In this document: positions 23,962 to 35,819 of the stretch, one piece after another
Position numbering within the stretch: the first letter of the stretch is position 1
How the letters are laid out: each line of letters opens with the position of its first letter
DNA from: Botryllus schlosseri
Taxonomy: Eukaryota
DNA: 64,000 nt
Direction of reading: 5' to 3'
Assembly (NCBI GenBank): GCA_051294905.1
Contig: CM119371.1
Location: forward strand, 39,496,001 to 39,560,000
Translations under genes and position numbers: made by a program
The notes under the pieces: model-generated
Told to the model about the DNA's origin: nothing
Seen by the model: the letters and a program-made list of their open reading frames with translations, nothing else
The model's database searches: none

Positions 23962-25570
23962 TAGGGTTGTCCAAAATTTGGAAAATCTTAAAAATACCCC
24001 GTGATTGTGTCTCATTCCATAGATTATTGATAAAAAATAACAATGAGCCTGAAAGAAGCTCACGGGAAAGCCGTTAAGATTTCGGCCAAAGCGTTTGAAA
24101 GTAGCTGCCCAAGAATGGGCGTGCCACCGACCATAGAACGGCGAGAAGACTAGTAATCAAATAACCACGGCCCTGGATTGGCTAATTGGCTATGCTTCAA
24201 TGATCACCACAGCAACAGCTTTCTGATTATGTGCTCAAGGAGTCTGCTAACGGTGGGATTCTGAAATCGCGTTCTTGCTAGGTTGGCAGATGATGATTTA
24301 AGAATAATTCAGGACATGCTAAGGTACGAAATACATGATGAACAATCAACAGCTGCTTCACAAAAACTTCTACAGCATGACTGCTTTATTGGAAGGAAAC
24401 GGCTGTAGCCTACATGCCGTGTTTTCATCGAGGGAAAGCAAAGGCGCTTATGCAAGCGGTAAACGAATTCCCCGTTTGGAAAGGATCCATCATCAGTGAA
24501 CACAAATATAAAGCTTGACAATGACACGATACCGTAATTAGTGTGATCTTATTAGGCTCAAGCTGTAATATATAGGTGACGTTTTGAATGATATTGGAAT
24601 CGGCTGAATCAGCGGGTTATGCTTGGCACTCAGATGCTTACAGTAAATTGAATTCACTTGTAAGTGTTGCTAAAGTCCCTAATGATAACGCACACTCGCA
24701 CAGGCTATGCCCAATGTGGTATGTCAAAGTCCCTATTGATCCCGCAGAAAATAGGTGTAAAGATAATCACAGACTATACTGCATAGTATCCATCATAGTT
24801 TGGACATGATATCCAGCATTGTGCTTACTTTACACCTCTTTTCTGCAGCATCATTAAGGACTTTGACAACACTTACATGTGAATTCAATTTGCTGTAAGT
24901 ATAACTGCCAAGCACAACCGGCTGATTCAGTCAATCCCTAGAGCATTCAAAATATCAACTATATACTACAACTTGAGTCCAATAAGCTCACACAAAGTAT
25001 AGTGTCATGGTCTAGCTTTATATTTGTTTTCACTGATGATGGATCCCTTCTGAAACGGGGAATTCGTTCACTACTTGCATAAGCGTCTTTGCTTTCCCTC
25101 GATGAAAACACGGCATGTAGGCTACAGCCGTTTTCTTCACAATAAAGCAGTCATGCTGTAGATGTTTTTGTGAAGCAGCTGTTGATTGTTCATCATGTAT
25201 TTCGTACCTTAACATGTCCTGAATTAATCTTAAATCATCATCTGCCAACCAACCAACAACGCGATTTCAGAATCCCCACGGGTAGCAGACTCCTTGAGCA
25301 CATAATCAGCAAGTTGTTGCTGTGGTGATCATTGAAGCATAGCCAATTAGTCAATCAGGAGCCGTGGTTCTTTGATTACTAGTCTTCTCGCCGTTCTATG
25401 GTCGGTGGCACGCCCATTCCTGGGCAGCTACTTTAAAACGCTTTGGCCGAAATCCTAACGGCTTTCCCGTGAGCTTCTTCTGGGCTCATTGTTATTTTTT
25501 ATCAATAATCTATGGAATGAGACACAATCACATGGTATTTTTAAGATTTTCCAAATTTTGGACAACCCTA
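23962..25570. mobile_element. 1.6-kb foldback non-autonomous element related to the hAT at 59936-63646
   Basis: Whole element is an imperfect palindrome (arms ~800 bp); termini TAGGGTTGTCCAAAATTTG; 8-bp TSD ATATATAT. Confidence 0.92.
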
Positions 25571-25581
25571 ATATATATAGA

Positions 25582-26745
25582 AGGGTAGGTCAAAAATAAC
25601 TTTTTTTCGGATCTCCGGGATTCACTGATTACATCGTTAGGTTGCCTAAAAAAACGCTGCACACAAAATTGGGCTAAAGTCCTACCAGTAGAGGACGAGG
25701 CAGAGGCAGTTGAAATTTATTATTTTTAAATAATAATTACTGTAATCCTCATGAAATTGTTGAGTTGTGTACGAAAACGATGCAAAACAAATTTGACGTA
25801 ACTCCAACCCATAGAATATAGAATAATTGATAATTTTCGGTTTTCCCACCGACAATGCTATTTTTGTAATTTAGTTAAAACTTTCAACTGCAATAACTTC
25901 GCCTCTGTCGGTTGGAATGGACCAAAAATTGTCATGCTTCCTTCTTTTAGGAAACTGAACAATTTTATGGAGTTGGCAGTAAAAGTTGAAAAATTAATTT
26001 TTTAATTTTGGTTTAATAAATTCAAGACTTCAATTGGCTCTGTGTCAGCTTATACCAGGGTTGTAATGACTAGAGTCATGACTCGACTCGAGTCTGACTC
26101 GAGTCACGATTTTCTAATGACTCGACTTGACTCGAGTAATTTTTTCAAAATACGGAAATGACTCGATTCGAGTCAATCTGTGTATTGACTCGACTTGGAC
26201 TCGAGTCATTGCGCATGACTCGAACCAAGTCATTGACTCGAGACTCAGACGGCCAAGACTGACATTTCATTGTAAATCCGAAGCCAACACACTATTGGGA
26301 TTCCGCCTGTTGGCACTGGCACTTGAAAATGCGAACAGAAACTGCTAAGAGTGAGGAAAATTGGTATATTTTAAAAGTGAACCGTTCGATATCACCAAAC
26401 AGAGTTTTAATAAGTGGATTTACCAAGACTTTATCTGGAAGCTGAGCAGTGAACACGATGACTTGGACTCGGACTCGAGTCATAATTCCATGACTCGGAC
26501 TCGACCCTCTGCTCACTGACTTGGACTTGACTCGGTGTGGAGTTGAAATGACTCGACTTGACTCGAGTCAAAACTATAAAAGTGAGATTGACTTGTGACT
26601 CGGAGCCTTGTGACTTGGTTACAATCCTGGCTTATACTGGTTGTAATCGAGCCAAATTTGGTGCGCAGCGATTATTTACCCAACCTAACAATTTAATCAG
26701 TTAATCCCCGAAATCTGGATAAAAAGATATTTTTGAACCATCCTA
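25582..26745. mobile_element. TAGG-family MITE hosting GACTCGAGTC MITE copy B
   Basis: Ends GGGTAGGTCAAAAATAAC / GATATTTTTGAACCATCCTA; internal similarity to the 35206 family. Confidence 0.65.
26056..26629. mobile_element. GACTCGAGTC-rich hAT-like MITE (copy B, uninterrupted)
   Basis: TIR CAGGGTTGTAA / TTACAATCCTG; perfect 8-bp TSD GCTTATAC. Confidence 0.92.
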
Positions 26746-26750
26746 ATGTA

Positions 26751-27761
26751 GGTTGCCGGAGAACCCGGCCCTTGGAGAACCCGGCCCTACCAACCCGGCC
26801 CTTGGAGAACCCGGCCCTCGGTGAATTCCTCGGGAATTTTAAAATTAAGTGTATTCACAAGTATTAATATGAATTAATAAAGTAATAATGTTATTATCAA
26901 CTGATTTGTCAATCTTGTAAGGAGGTCAGGGCATGCGTAGGTCACGCAGTCACGGCGTGATCAGATCACGTGATCACGCTTGCGTGGTCGGCTCAGTGTT
27001 GAATTGACTTGGTGCGGGGCGGACGTGCGACGTTCGACATACTCGTATCTGTTCATGACATCGCATTGGGTCTTATCGCATTGTACATTGTGTGTGAATG
27101 TTCAGATGAAAAATATATCCCAACGATTGTTATTGCTCACATATCAACCACTCGTGGTCTGCTCGTTATTGCAACTGTAGGTTGAGGTGGGGCGTTAGGG
27201 TTGGGTAGGGTAGTTGGGAAAGGAGACATTAGGGTTCGGGGAGTGGGACATTAGGGTTGCCGGAGGTGGGATATTAGGGTTGCCGAAGGTGGGATATTAG
27301 GGTTGGTGGAGGTGGGATATTAGGGTTGCCGGGGGTGGGATATTAGGGTGGCCGGGGTGGGTTATTCGGGTTGCCGGGGGTGGGATATTAGGGTTGCCGG
27401 GGGTGGGATATTAGGGTTGCCTGGGGTGGGATATTAGGGTTGCCGGGGGTGGGATATTAGGGTTGCCGGAGGTGGGATATTAGGGTTGCCGGGGGTGGGA
27501 TATTAGGGTTGGTGGAGGTGGGATATTAGGGTTGCCGGAGGTGGGATATTAGGGTTAGGGTAGGATTTTAGGGTTGCCGGAGGTGGGATATTAGGGGTAG
27601 GGTTAGGGTTGCCGGGGGTGGGATATTAGGGGTAGGGTGAGGATATTAGGGTTGCCGGAGGTGGGATATTAGGATTGCCGGTGAATACTCCGAGGGCCGG
27701 GTTCTCCAAGGGCCGGGTTGGTAGGGCCGGGTTCTCCAAGGGCCGGGTTCTCTGGTAATCC
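26751..27761. mobile_element. Unclassified MITE with AACCCGGCCCT repeat TIRs and internal telomere-motif minisatellite
   Basis: ~75-bp TIRs built of four AACCCGGCCCT units; flanked by the direct repeat TAATGTA. Confidence 0.85.
27190..27680 (+). repeat. 23-bp G-rich minisatellite GGGATATTAGGGTTGCCGG(A/G)GGT containing TTAGGG
   Basis: About 20 tandem units read directly from the sequence. Confidence 0.95.
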
Positions 27762-29722
27762 TAATGTATATGTGTATTGTATAATATTGTATGCATGTAT
27801 TATGAGCAGACCTGATATGGCATGATAGTCACTTCAACTATACTGTTATTATTGCAAAACAATTTGCCGATGCGATGTCAGAACTCACTGTGTTGACGTA
27901 TTGCTAATTAGATGGGCGCTTTCTTTAGGACTTGAAATCATCTTCCGCGTGCTAATTCATGTCTACATGCGCATTCTAGAATTGCCGCGATCCCAGTAAT
28001 GCCGCTTGTTACCGAAGGTAGTCAGTGACGTAGTACTTCTACTTTTTGAAGTACACAAGTAGTTTTCGACAACTTCTAGTACTTACTCAAGTAAAATTAA
28101 TATTTCGCTACTTCCACTTCTACTTCATATTAGTTTGCCACTTACATACTTTTCACTATTTACAGTTTGTGAATCAAAACGATTATATTATTCCAATAAA
28201 GATAGAGAGAGAGAATGAGACTAAAAAAATTTTGTGACGTTTTTTGCCGCGTATCAAAAATAATTTACCTATCACAAAAGTTAAAAATGTTCGGAACGTT
28301 CGTCGTGCTTTGAGCAGAATAGATATGGAGCGACAAGAATGTTTTCATGGAATTGTTGGTCAGTATTATTTATGTAAGATCATTTCATAACATACTTTCG
28401 CCTATATGACACGTTTCATCGCAGTAAATATGGCTCAAAAAATATTCGAAACTATCTCATCGTAATCTTGCATTCTAGCCGCACAACGAGTGTTCAAACA
28501 GGGAAAAAATGGTCCTTGACTTTTTACCGCTAGACCGTTGAGCGTCAATCGCCTTTGAAACCGTATAAAACCGGTTTTAAATATTGTAGTCGAATTTCTC
28601 CTCATGCACGGTATCGCTACAGTTGGTTTTTTAATTAATCTTACTTCTTTTGTCCGAAGCACATGCCCGTAAAAGTGTAATAGTACGAAGTAAAATTAAA
28701 CGTGAATGGCATTTTACGATCTATCATATTGTTGCTTCACGTAACAATCATCGCGCAAATCGTTTCTACCGTTTCTGATACAACTCTGTATTGCTTCCGC
28801 CTCGACTGCGGGTCTTAGAATACTGCGGAGGTCATAATTCTATGACATTATCTAAAATAGATATCTGGGGTAAGCAAAAGTTAAGAGCCGCTTCTATGTA
28901 GCAAAGCTATCATTTGCATCCACGATGCGGTTTAATTCTCCTGTGTGGAAACTTTGTACTGAGCAGCACGAATCCATCTCTCTGTACCATCAGAAGGGCC
29001 CAGTTTCCGGTTTTGACAGACAATGACAGCGCATTTACAACTGCTTCTCACGACTACTTACATTGTTGCTTACTTGAGTAGATTTTAGGGTCGCTACTCC
29101 TAATTCTACTTGACGTAGTTTTAGGACGCCTAAAAAGGGATTACTTCTACTCGTGCTTAAGTAGATTTTACCTTCGCTACTTCTACTGGAGTAGATTATT
29201 TGACTACCTTGATTAACTCTGCTTGTAACTCACACAGTGCATTTTGCAGCGGCTCGTGGCCTTGGAACACGCAACTGCGACATGATTTGTAGAAAATATT
29301 GATGCTTATATTCTGAATTCATTCGAGTTGCCAATAAACTTGATCACCGACGAACTGACAGGTTTTGAGAACGCCAATATCTAACTTCAATCAATTGTGT
29401 ATTTAGTTGCAAGCTGAATTCTGTGTTTAGGTCACGGCATGCGCTAAGCACTCAAATTGCTGCTGCTACTCTACGTGACTCACCATTTCACTGAATCCGA
29501 TTGCATAGTTCGATATTAATGAGACGTAAGAATACGAAAACATCAAAACAATGGTAAATGTACGTCTTGTGGATGAATGCAGATGACATGTAGCAAAATG
29601 CCTTCTCTAGCGACTATGACGTAACGGATCGTGAGCGATGGTAACGTCACATGTCGTGCATACCCACATAAAATGACGCCTACACTTGTTAGTACGCAAC
29701 TACATCTTAGAATCGAACTCAC

Positions 29723-29830
29723 ATCCCAATGCAAATTTCCAGATAGCGACTCAACCTGACGATGTCCAAGTACCGAACGTAGCGCTGTTGCCGAGATATT
29801 ACTGTTGAACTGCAAATTCACTTCCTGCAC
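29723..29830 (-). CDS. Putative LRR exon of NLR-like gene (VQEVNLQFNSNISATALRSVLGHRQVESLSGNLHWD)
   Basis: TTTCAG acceptor, GTGAGT donor, 108 nt phase 0-0; fits the LxxLxLxxN LRR pattern. Confidence 0.65.
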
Positions 29831-31276
29831 CTGAAACGATGGAAACATTATATGAAGTGTTGACTAAACCAAGGTGTGAAAGTCAGTTTGGCATCAAATC
29901 ATCAGCGTCGAAATACAAAGTAACTGAGCCGTAATCTATTCGCTATTGAAGGATCTTCAATGTAGCCTACATTACAAAGTGATATCTAAAAGGTGGTGAT
30001 ATCAGCGACTGTCAGTGAATAAAATCTCCATTGCGAGTGCTTACGACTAATGTCATGTAGTGATATCATGACATTCATTACCAATATATTCGGAATAATT
30101 TAAAAATTCACATTCCCAAAGTATTTGAATTCCAAGAATATGAGTCGATCCCAGATTTACATAATTGTGGGTGTGAGCCGCAATCCCTTACATATTGAAC
30201 GTTATGAATAAATAGGTCATATTGGAGATAACTGGAAAAGTTTTGACCAACATCCATTGGAAAATGATTCGACAAGAGTAATGTTATTAATATAAAAATA
30301 CCAGTATGTGTTCTCAAAATATTCAAATGATTCTGCAAAGATCGAAAGTCAATACTTACATTAAAATGATTTTATCAAGACGCCAGCAAGATTATACACA
30401 ATGTCTACAACCGAATATGGGAAAATAGAGATTCCTCCATGAAACCAAACCAATCTGTCTTGGCGCACAAGGACTGAGCAGGCGATAAGCAACACTGTCG
30501 TTGATGCATTGCAAGAATACAAATAATACCAGGGGTCAGCAGCGTTCAGCCCGCCCATTGTTTCCCTCAGGTCCAGATTCAGTTGCACATGTAAGAAGTT
30601 TGCGAGAAACCCTACCTGTTATGTTAGTCGTTCTCAAAGATTTTGGACACGCCACCTTGACGTAGTGGAAAATTTCGTGTCCCCGTATCATCATATCAAA
30701 AAAATAATAAAAAGTGCAACAAGAATACTTGCAATCCAAATGCATAGTCTGGTGGTATATAAGGTTATGACTGTTGAGAGATCTTTAAAATATCAAATTC
30801 AGACTATAGACCAGGGTGGCAAACCTTTTCAGCCAGAGGGCCACCGGAGATTTACGAACCATTGCGCGGGCCACTTGAATACTGATGACCTGTTAGTAGT
30901 CGTACCATAAGAGCGAACCGTATTGGGTAACGGTGAAAATAAGACTTATATTACAACGCATAAAAATCGATAGCAATTATGTCATAAAAACCCAGTAATA
31001 GCCGCGCAAAGCGAGTAATTTTTTTCAAGTTATGAATGAATTCCGTCAATAATAATGGTACTTGCATTTATTGCTTGTCACCCCCGTATACCACTGGGCT
31101 CATTTGGCAAGGACTGGATTATTCAGGACGTGGACATATCAATATCGTAGATTTTGTCGAACATGCGTCTATCATTTTGTGCCAAGGTTTCGTCGCCAAC
31201 AATTTTTCTGCGAATGTTGATATGTAGACGCATGTTGGACGTCACGTTCTCTCATAATTGCGAATATAGCTAGACT

Positions 31277-32770
31277 CAGGGTGGAGCCCAATTCTTCTCC
31301 TCAACTAAGTACTGCTTAAATGCGAATCTCCACTCAACTAAAAATCGATTGGTACTCAGCGTTGAGTGCGCGCCAATTCTCTCTGCTCAGCTAAGTATCG
31401 ATTTCCAGACGTCGTTTTCCAAGATAGCGTTGCCAGATTTTTTTCGCCTTCGACTGGACACACGTGAACGATTTTGTCATGACAACACGACGCTGTCGTC
31501 ATTATTTCGTCACTGACGTAAAAACTAGACGCAGTTCTCACTGATTTATCTAAATGAAATGAATAGCCTCAGCTGATCCACACTCTTTGAAGATGACCCA
31601 ATAGAAATATATAAATCCTTGAAGATACCCGGAACGTTCCTATGCCCCACAGAAGTATATTTGCAAGACGCTACAACCCCATTCGAAATATATAAAGATA
31701 AGTTCCACAGCAGGCGAACACGTAAGTGCAGGCCTGAAATAACAAAAGAATGCATCTATATCGTGAACATAAATTGAAAAATTAACATATTTCGAGGATT
31801 TCTTTCCAATTGAAGCTCCTCTTTGAACCATTCACTTGTCCCCTCTACCATTCAACTTCCCGATATAGCTAGACCCACCCGACATTTTCTCCCTTAAATA
31901 TCCAGTATCTCTTATTGCTGCTATCGCCTAAACTGGCTTGAAAGTATAGCGACTTCATCCTAACCCTGATAGTACCTGGAACTCTATCTGCTGAGGTTCA
32001 TGCTGGGGGTCTTTTCAAGATGTTTCATATATTTAATTGTGAAAAGAGCATGCGTAATAATAATAATCGTTAAGCTATATTATTCATCTGAACAAGTCAC
32101 ACACAATGTAGAATGCGATAAGACACAATGCGATGTAATGAACAGATAGGAGGATATCGAACGACACGCAGTTGCGATCTTTTTTTATACTGACATCCAC
32201 CTCGGCCTAGAGTGCCCGATCCCGATGTCACAGTTCTTTTCGATGTTGATCTTTTTGAAGCCACGTCCCTTTCTAGCTCCTTCCATTCCTTGTGAGTGCT
32301 TTCCCTTTGTCGGGTCTTTTTCTGGGCTTTTCTGTCGCCGTAAGAACGGCGACGGCGGGGGGATGCTAGCGCATTGAGACTGCAGAAGTTACCGTTCCGG
32401 TATACCGGGATGCCGTACGACAAGAAGTCGAAACGGTACAAGATAATTACAAATACAATTATAAACACAACATCCGTCCAAGCGCCACTGATTTCATTCG
32501 CTCAGCAGAACCTCACATCACGAAATAGTGTACCTATATCAGGTTATCAGCTATATACGACAGTACCGGTACTACGGTATTTGGCGGGTGTTGCCTGCAG
32601 TTGGCTGCTCGACCGTGAAAATTGACACTTAAGTCTGGTGGTGCGCTGACTTAGATTTGAGTGCCGATCTGGACGCATTTGAGTGAGTATACTTTTTGGC
32701 GTGAGTTGAGTAACGAAATCGTTGCTGAGTAGAGAATCGCTACTCAGCAGAAAAATTGGGCTCCACCCTC
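31277..32770. mobile_element. Nested TIR element (CAGGGTGGAGCCCAATT)
   Basis: 16-bp inverted ends with CTCAAC/CTCAGC subterminal repeats; no TSD recognised. Confidence 0.65.
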
Positions 32771-32802
32771 AACAACGTAAATTGGGCGTATTAAGAATTT
32801 AC

Positions 32803-34581
32803 CAGGGTTGCAATGACTAGACTCGAGTCACGATTTTCTGATGACTCGACTTGACTCGAGTCATTTTCTCAAAATACTGAAATGACCCGAATCGAGTCTA
32901 TCTGTGTATTGCCTCGAGTGATTACGTATGACTCGAACCAAGTCATATGACTCGAGACGCACACAGCCAAGACCGACATTTCATTGTCATTTCCAAGAAT
33001 AGTTAAGTAACCACACTATTGGGATTTCGTCTTGGTATTGGTACTTGGAAAAGGGAGGAAAATTAGTATATTATATATACGAACAGGCGCGTATCCAGAG
33101 CGCGAAAAAGGGAGGGGGTTTGCGTCACGAAATTGGCTATTGTGACGTCATCATTGCGATCACTCGTCTCCACGCCGTGGCGAATATTTATAGTTTATTA
33201 AGAAACAGAGATTTGCGGTGAGTGGGAAGATGTACGAATACGATACAGACATTGCCTGAAAATCGCGTTTCTTTCACGGCATGATTGAAAGAAATTCGTA
33301 AATGCTCACATTTAGTCATGCGCCGGCAAACGCCAAGCGCCTAGTTCCGGCCAGAGATGCGCGATTTTGTTGGTTTTTGACGATATTATGCGCACGTCGC
33401 CGCGCACAAACAAGCGCGGAATAAGGTGGTAGCATAAACGAGGGTGATCGCGATCGCCACAGAGAGGTGTGGTGTGAACAGTGTACGTCGTACACGGATG
33501 TGTGCTTTTCGATGGCTTTACTAGCCATACGGCTGGGCGTGTAGTAGCCTACGCGCGAAGATAATTAGACTTTAATTGCAAGCACGCAAGTCAGTCAATT
33601 AATACAGAGTACACACTGGGATAATAACTAGATCGACAGAGAAACTTGTCACCCGATATAATTAGGTTAACTTTACTACTAGGCCTACTCAATTCTCCCG
33701 TTCAGCGACAACATAGGCCTGTATTTGGACGACAGCAAGCCACCTAACAATCGAGAACGTGGATTGCTAGGCTTGTATTTTGAAATGTGAATGTCGATCG
33801 TAGGCCATTTCTCGCCAATAATCGCGAATACAATGTGGATTTGAGAATAGCATTGTCGTACTGGTGCCGTCGTGTCTGCGTCTCGCTGATCAATCAACAC
33901 GCCGCCGCGTGCAATTCTTAATTAGGATTTCAAAGCGAGCAGGTGGAGCGAATTCGCGAGCGATGTTGATTGCCGACAAGTTCGTCTTTGCAATTACGTA
34001 TCGCGTCGGCCAATTAGATTAGATTTTCCTAAGATGCATCTCTCGTTTTAGCAAGGCGAGAGAGAAATCGAGGGAAGAAAGTTGAGAACGTCAGCAACCG
34101 CCACAGCTGAAATGTAGCTGACCAAGCGCAGAATTCGTATGGAATTAGCGAATTATAATGACCTATTTTATCCTTTCGACTAATTCGGCGCATAATTCCA
34201 ATATTTTGTAGGGGTGTTAGTCCCCTTAAATAACATTAAGACGCCATATTCGCCTTCTCATACGTAAAAACGAATATGTTAAACTGATAAATTAGCAAAT
34301 ATTAGAAGCTATATTTGACATTAATTTTTAGGATTTTGAAAAGGGGGGGGGTTCCGACCCCCTAAAACCCCCCCCCCCCCCTGGATACGCCACTGTATAC
34401 GAACCATTCGATATCACCAAACAAGTTATTAAAAGTGGGTTCATCAAGACTTTAACTTGAAACTGAGCGGTCAACACAATGACTTGGACTCGGACTCGAG
34501 TCATAATACTTGACTCGAGTCAAAACTATAAAAGTGAGATTGTGTTGTGACTCGGAGGCTTGTGACTTTGTTACAAGCCTG
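32803..34581. mobile_element. GACTCGAGTC-rich MITE (copy C), interrupted
   Basis: Colinear with copy B once 33084-34395 is removed. Confidence 0.85.
33084..34395. mobile_element. Non-autonomous hAT element
   Basis: TIR CAGGCGCGTATCCAG / CTGGATACGCCACTG; perfect 8-bp TSD TATACGAA. Confidence 0.9.
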
Positions 34582-35205
34582 CAAGATACTAAAAGCAAGT
34601 AATAGAGAGACAATAAAGACAAATATCTACTTCGTGGTCTTAAAAAAACATCTATGAAAAATCAAGCAGGACACTACCTACGCCAATGCGTTGGAATTGA
34701 TATTTTAGTTAGCAACATCTCGTATTCCGCAGTCAGGATAATCAAGTTTATGGTTGGCCTTGCAAGTTCAAAATAAATTTCTTGAGTAATTTATTTTTTG
34801 ATATTATAACTAATATTGAGAATTACCTCGCTAGTCATTCAAAACCTTCTCGCGGGCCACATGTTGGCCGTCCCTGCTATAGACAGGCCAATGATTATCA
34901 GCTAGCTAAATCAAGCGATGCAAGAAAAAATTCCAGTTGATGTCAAAAATAATCATTTTCAATGGTAGCACGTATAGCATATACACATTTTAGCGATTTT
35001 GGTGTCCAATACCTTCCGTTTACCCACTTCTGGCCATAAGCGAAATCAAAAACCCATGGCGCGGCTCTGTTCTGTAAGCCATTTTGATTTAGATCCTCAT
35101 TTCTAATATTCAAAAGGCATGTAAAAATCATGTCCTATGGCATGAGCCTATGAGGACATATTTTATTTCCCCATATCGTTGAGTCTTACTACGCTCTTTG
35201 TACAG

Positions 35206-35819
35206 TAGGGGTGTTCAAAGAAAACATTTTTCTTCAAATTTCACTGGCTACTTGATAAATTGAAAGGTTGGCTAAAAAACTCAGCATACCATATTTGGTT
35301 TAATTACAACCAGTAGTCGCATTGCTACAAGAGAAGAAAAATTTGGATTTATTATGTAGGCTAAATATTTACAAAAAAATTTTAAAATTTTCTGTTCACC
35401 GCGTAAAATTGTTAGGTTGTGTACAGAAACGGTACTCACCAAATTTTGTTCCATTGCAACCAGTGGAAGCGGATTTATTGCAGTTCAAAAATTTGGATAC
35501 GAATAAAATAGTAATCCAACCAACGTAAATATTATATTATTCAAATCCAAATAACGTCGCTCACACTGGTTGCAATTGAGCAAAATTTGTTGAGCATTGT
35601 TTCTCTGTACACAACCTACCCACATCATGGGTTGAACAGAAAATTTAAATTTTTTTATATATTTTTATATAATAAATATCAAACTTTCTTCTCTTGTAGC
35701 AATGCGGCTACTGGTTGGAATGAAACGAAATTTGGTGTGCAGCCGGTAATTAGGTAACATAACAATTTTATCAAGTATCCAGTATGATTTGAGAAAAGAG
35801 TCATTCTTTAACACCCCTA
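35206..35819. mobile_element. Complete palindromic TAGGGGTGTTCAAA MITE
   Basis: Arms of ~300 bp in inverted orientation; partial copies at 17566, 36076-36462, 38995-39290 and 63655. Confidence 0.85.

Larger units (their letters stand above)
30812..34876. mobile_element. hAT (Charlie-like) element expanded by nested insertions
   Basis: Ends CAGGGTGGCAAACC / GTTGGCCGTCCCTG with GGGCCAC subterminal motifs; perfect TSD CTATAGAC. Confidence 0.85.

Noticed and set aside
24309..25248. ORFs within the foldback element
   Set aside because: Not conserved in frame between the two arms; no domain motifs.
27190..27680. True telomere or telomere fusion site
   Set aside because: TTAGGG is embedded in a 23-bp unit enclosed by TIRs and a direct repeat; not a pure hexamer array.
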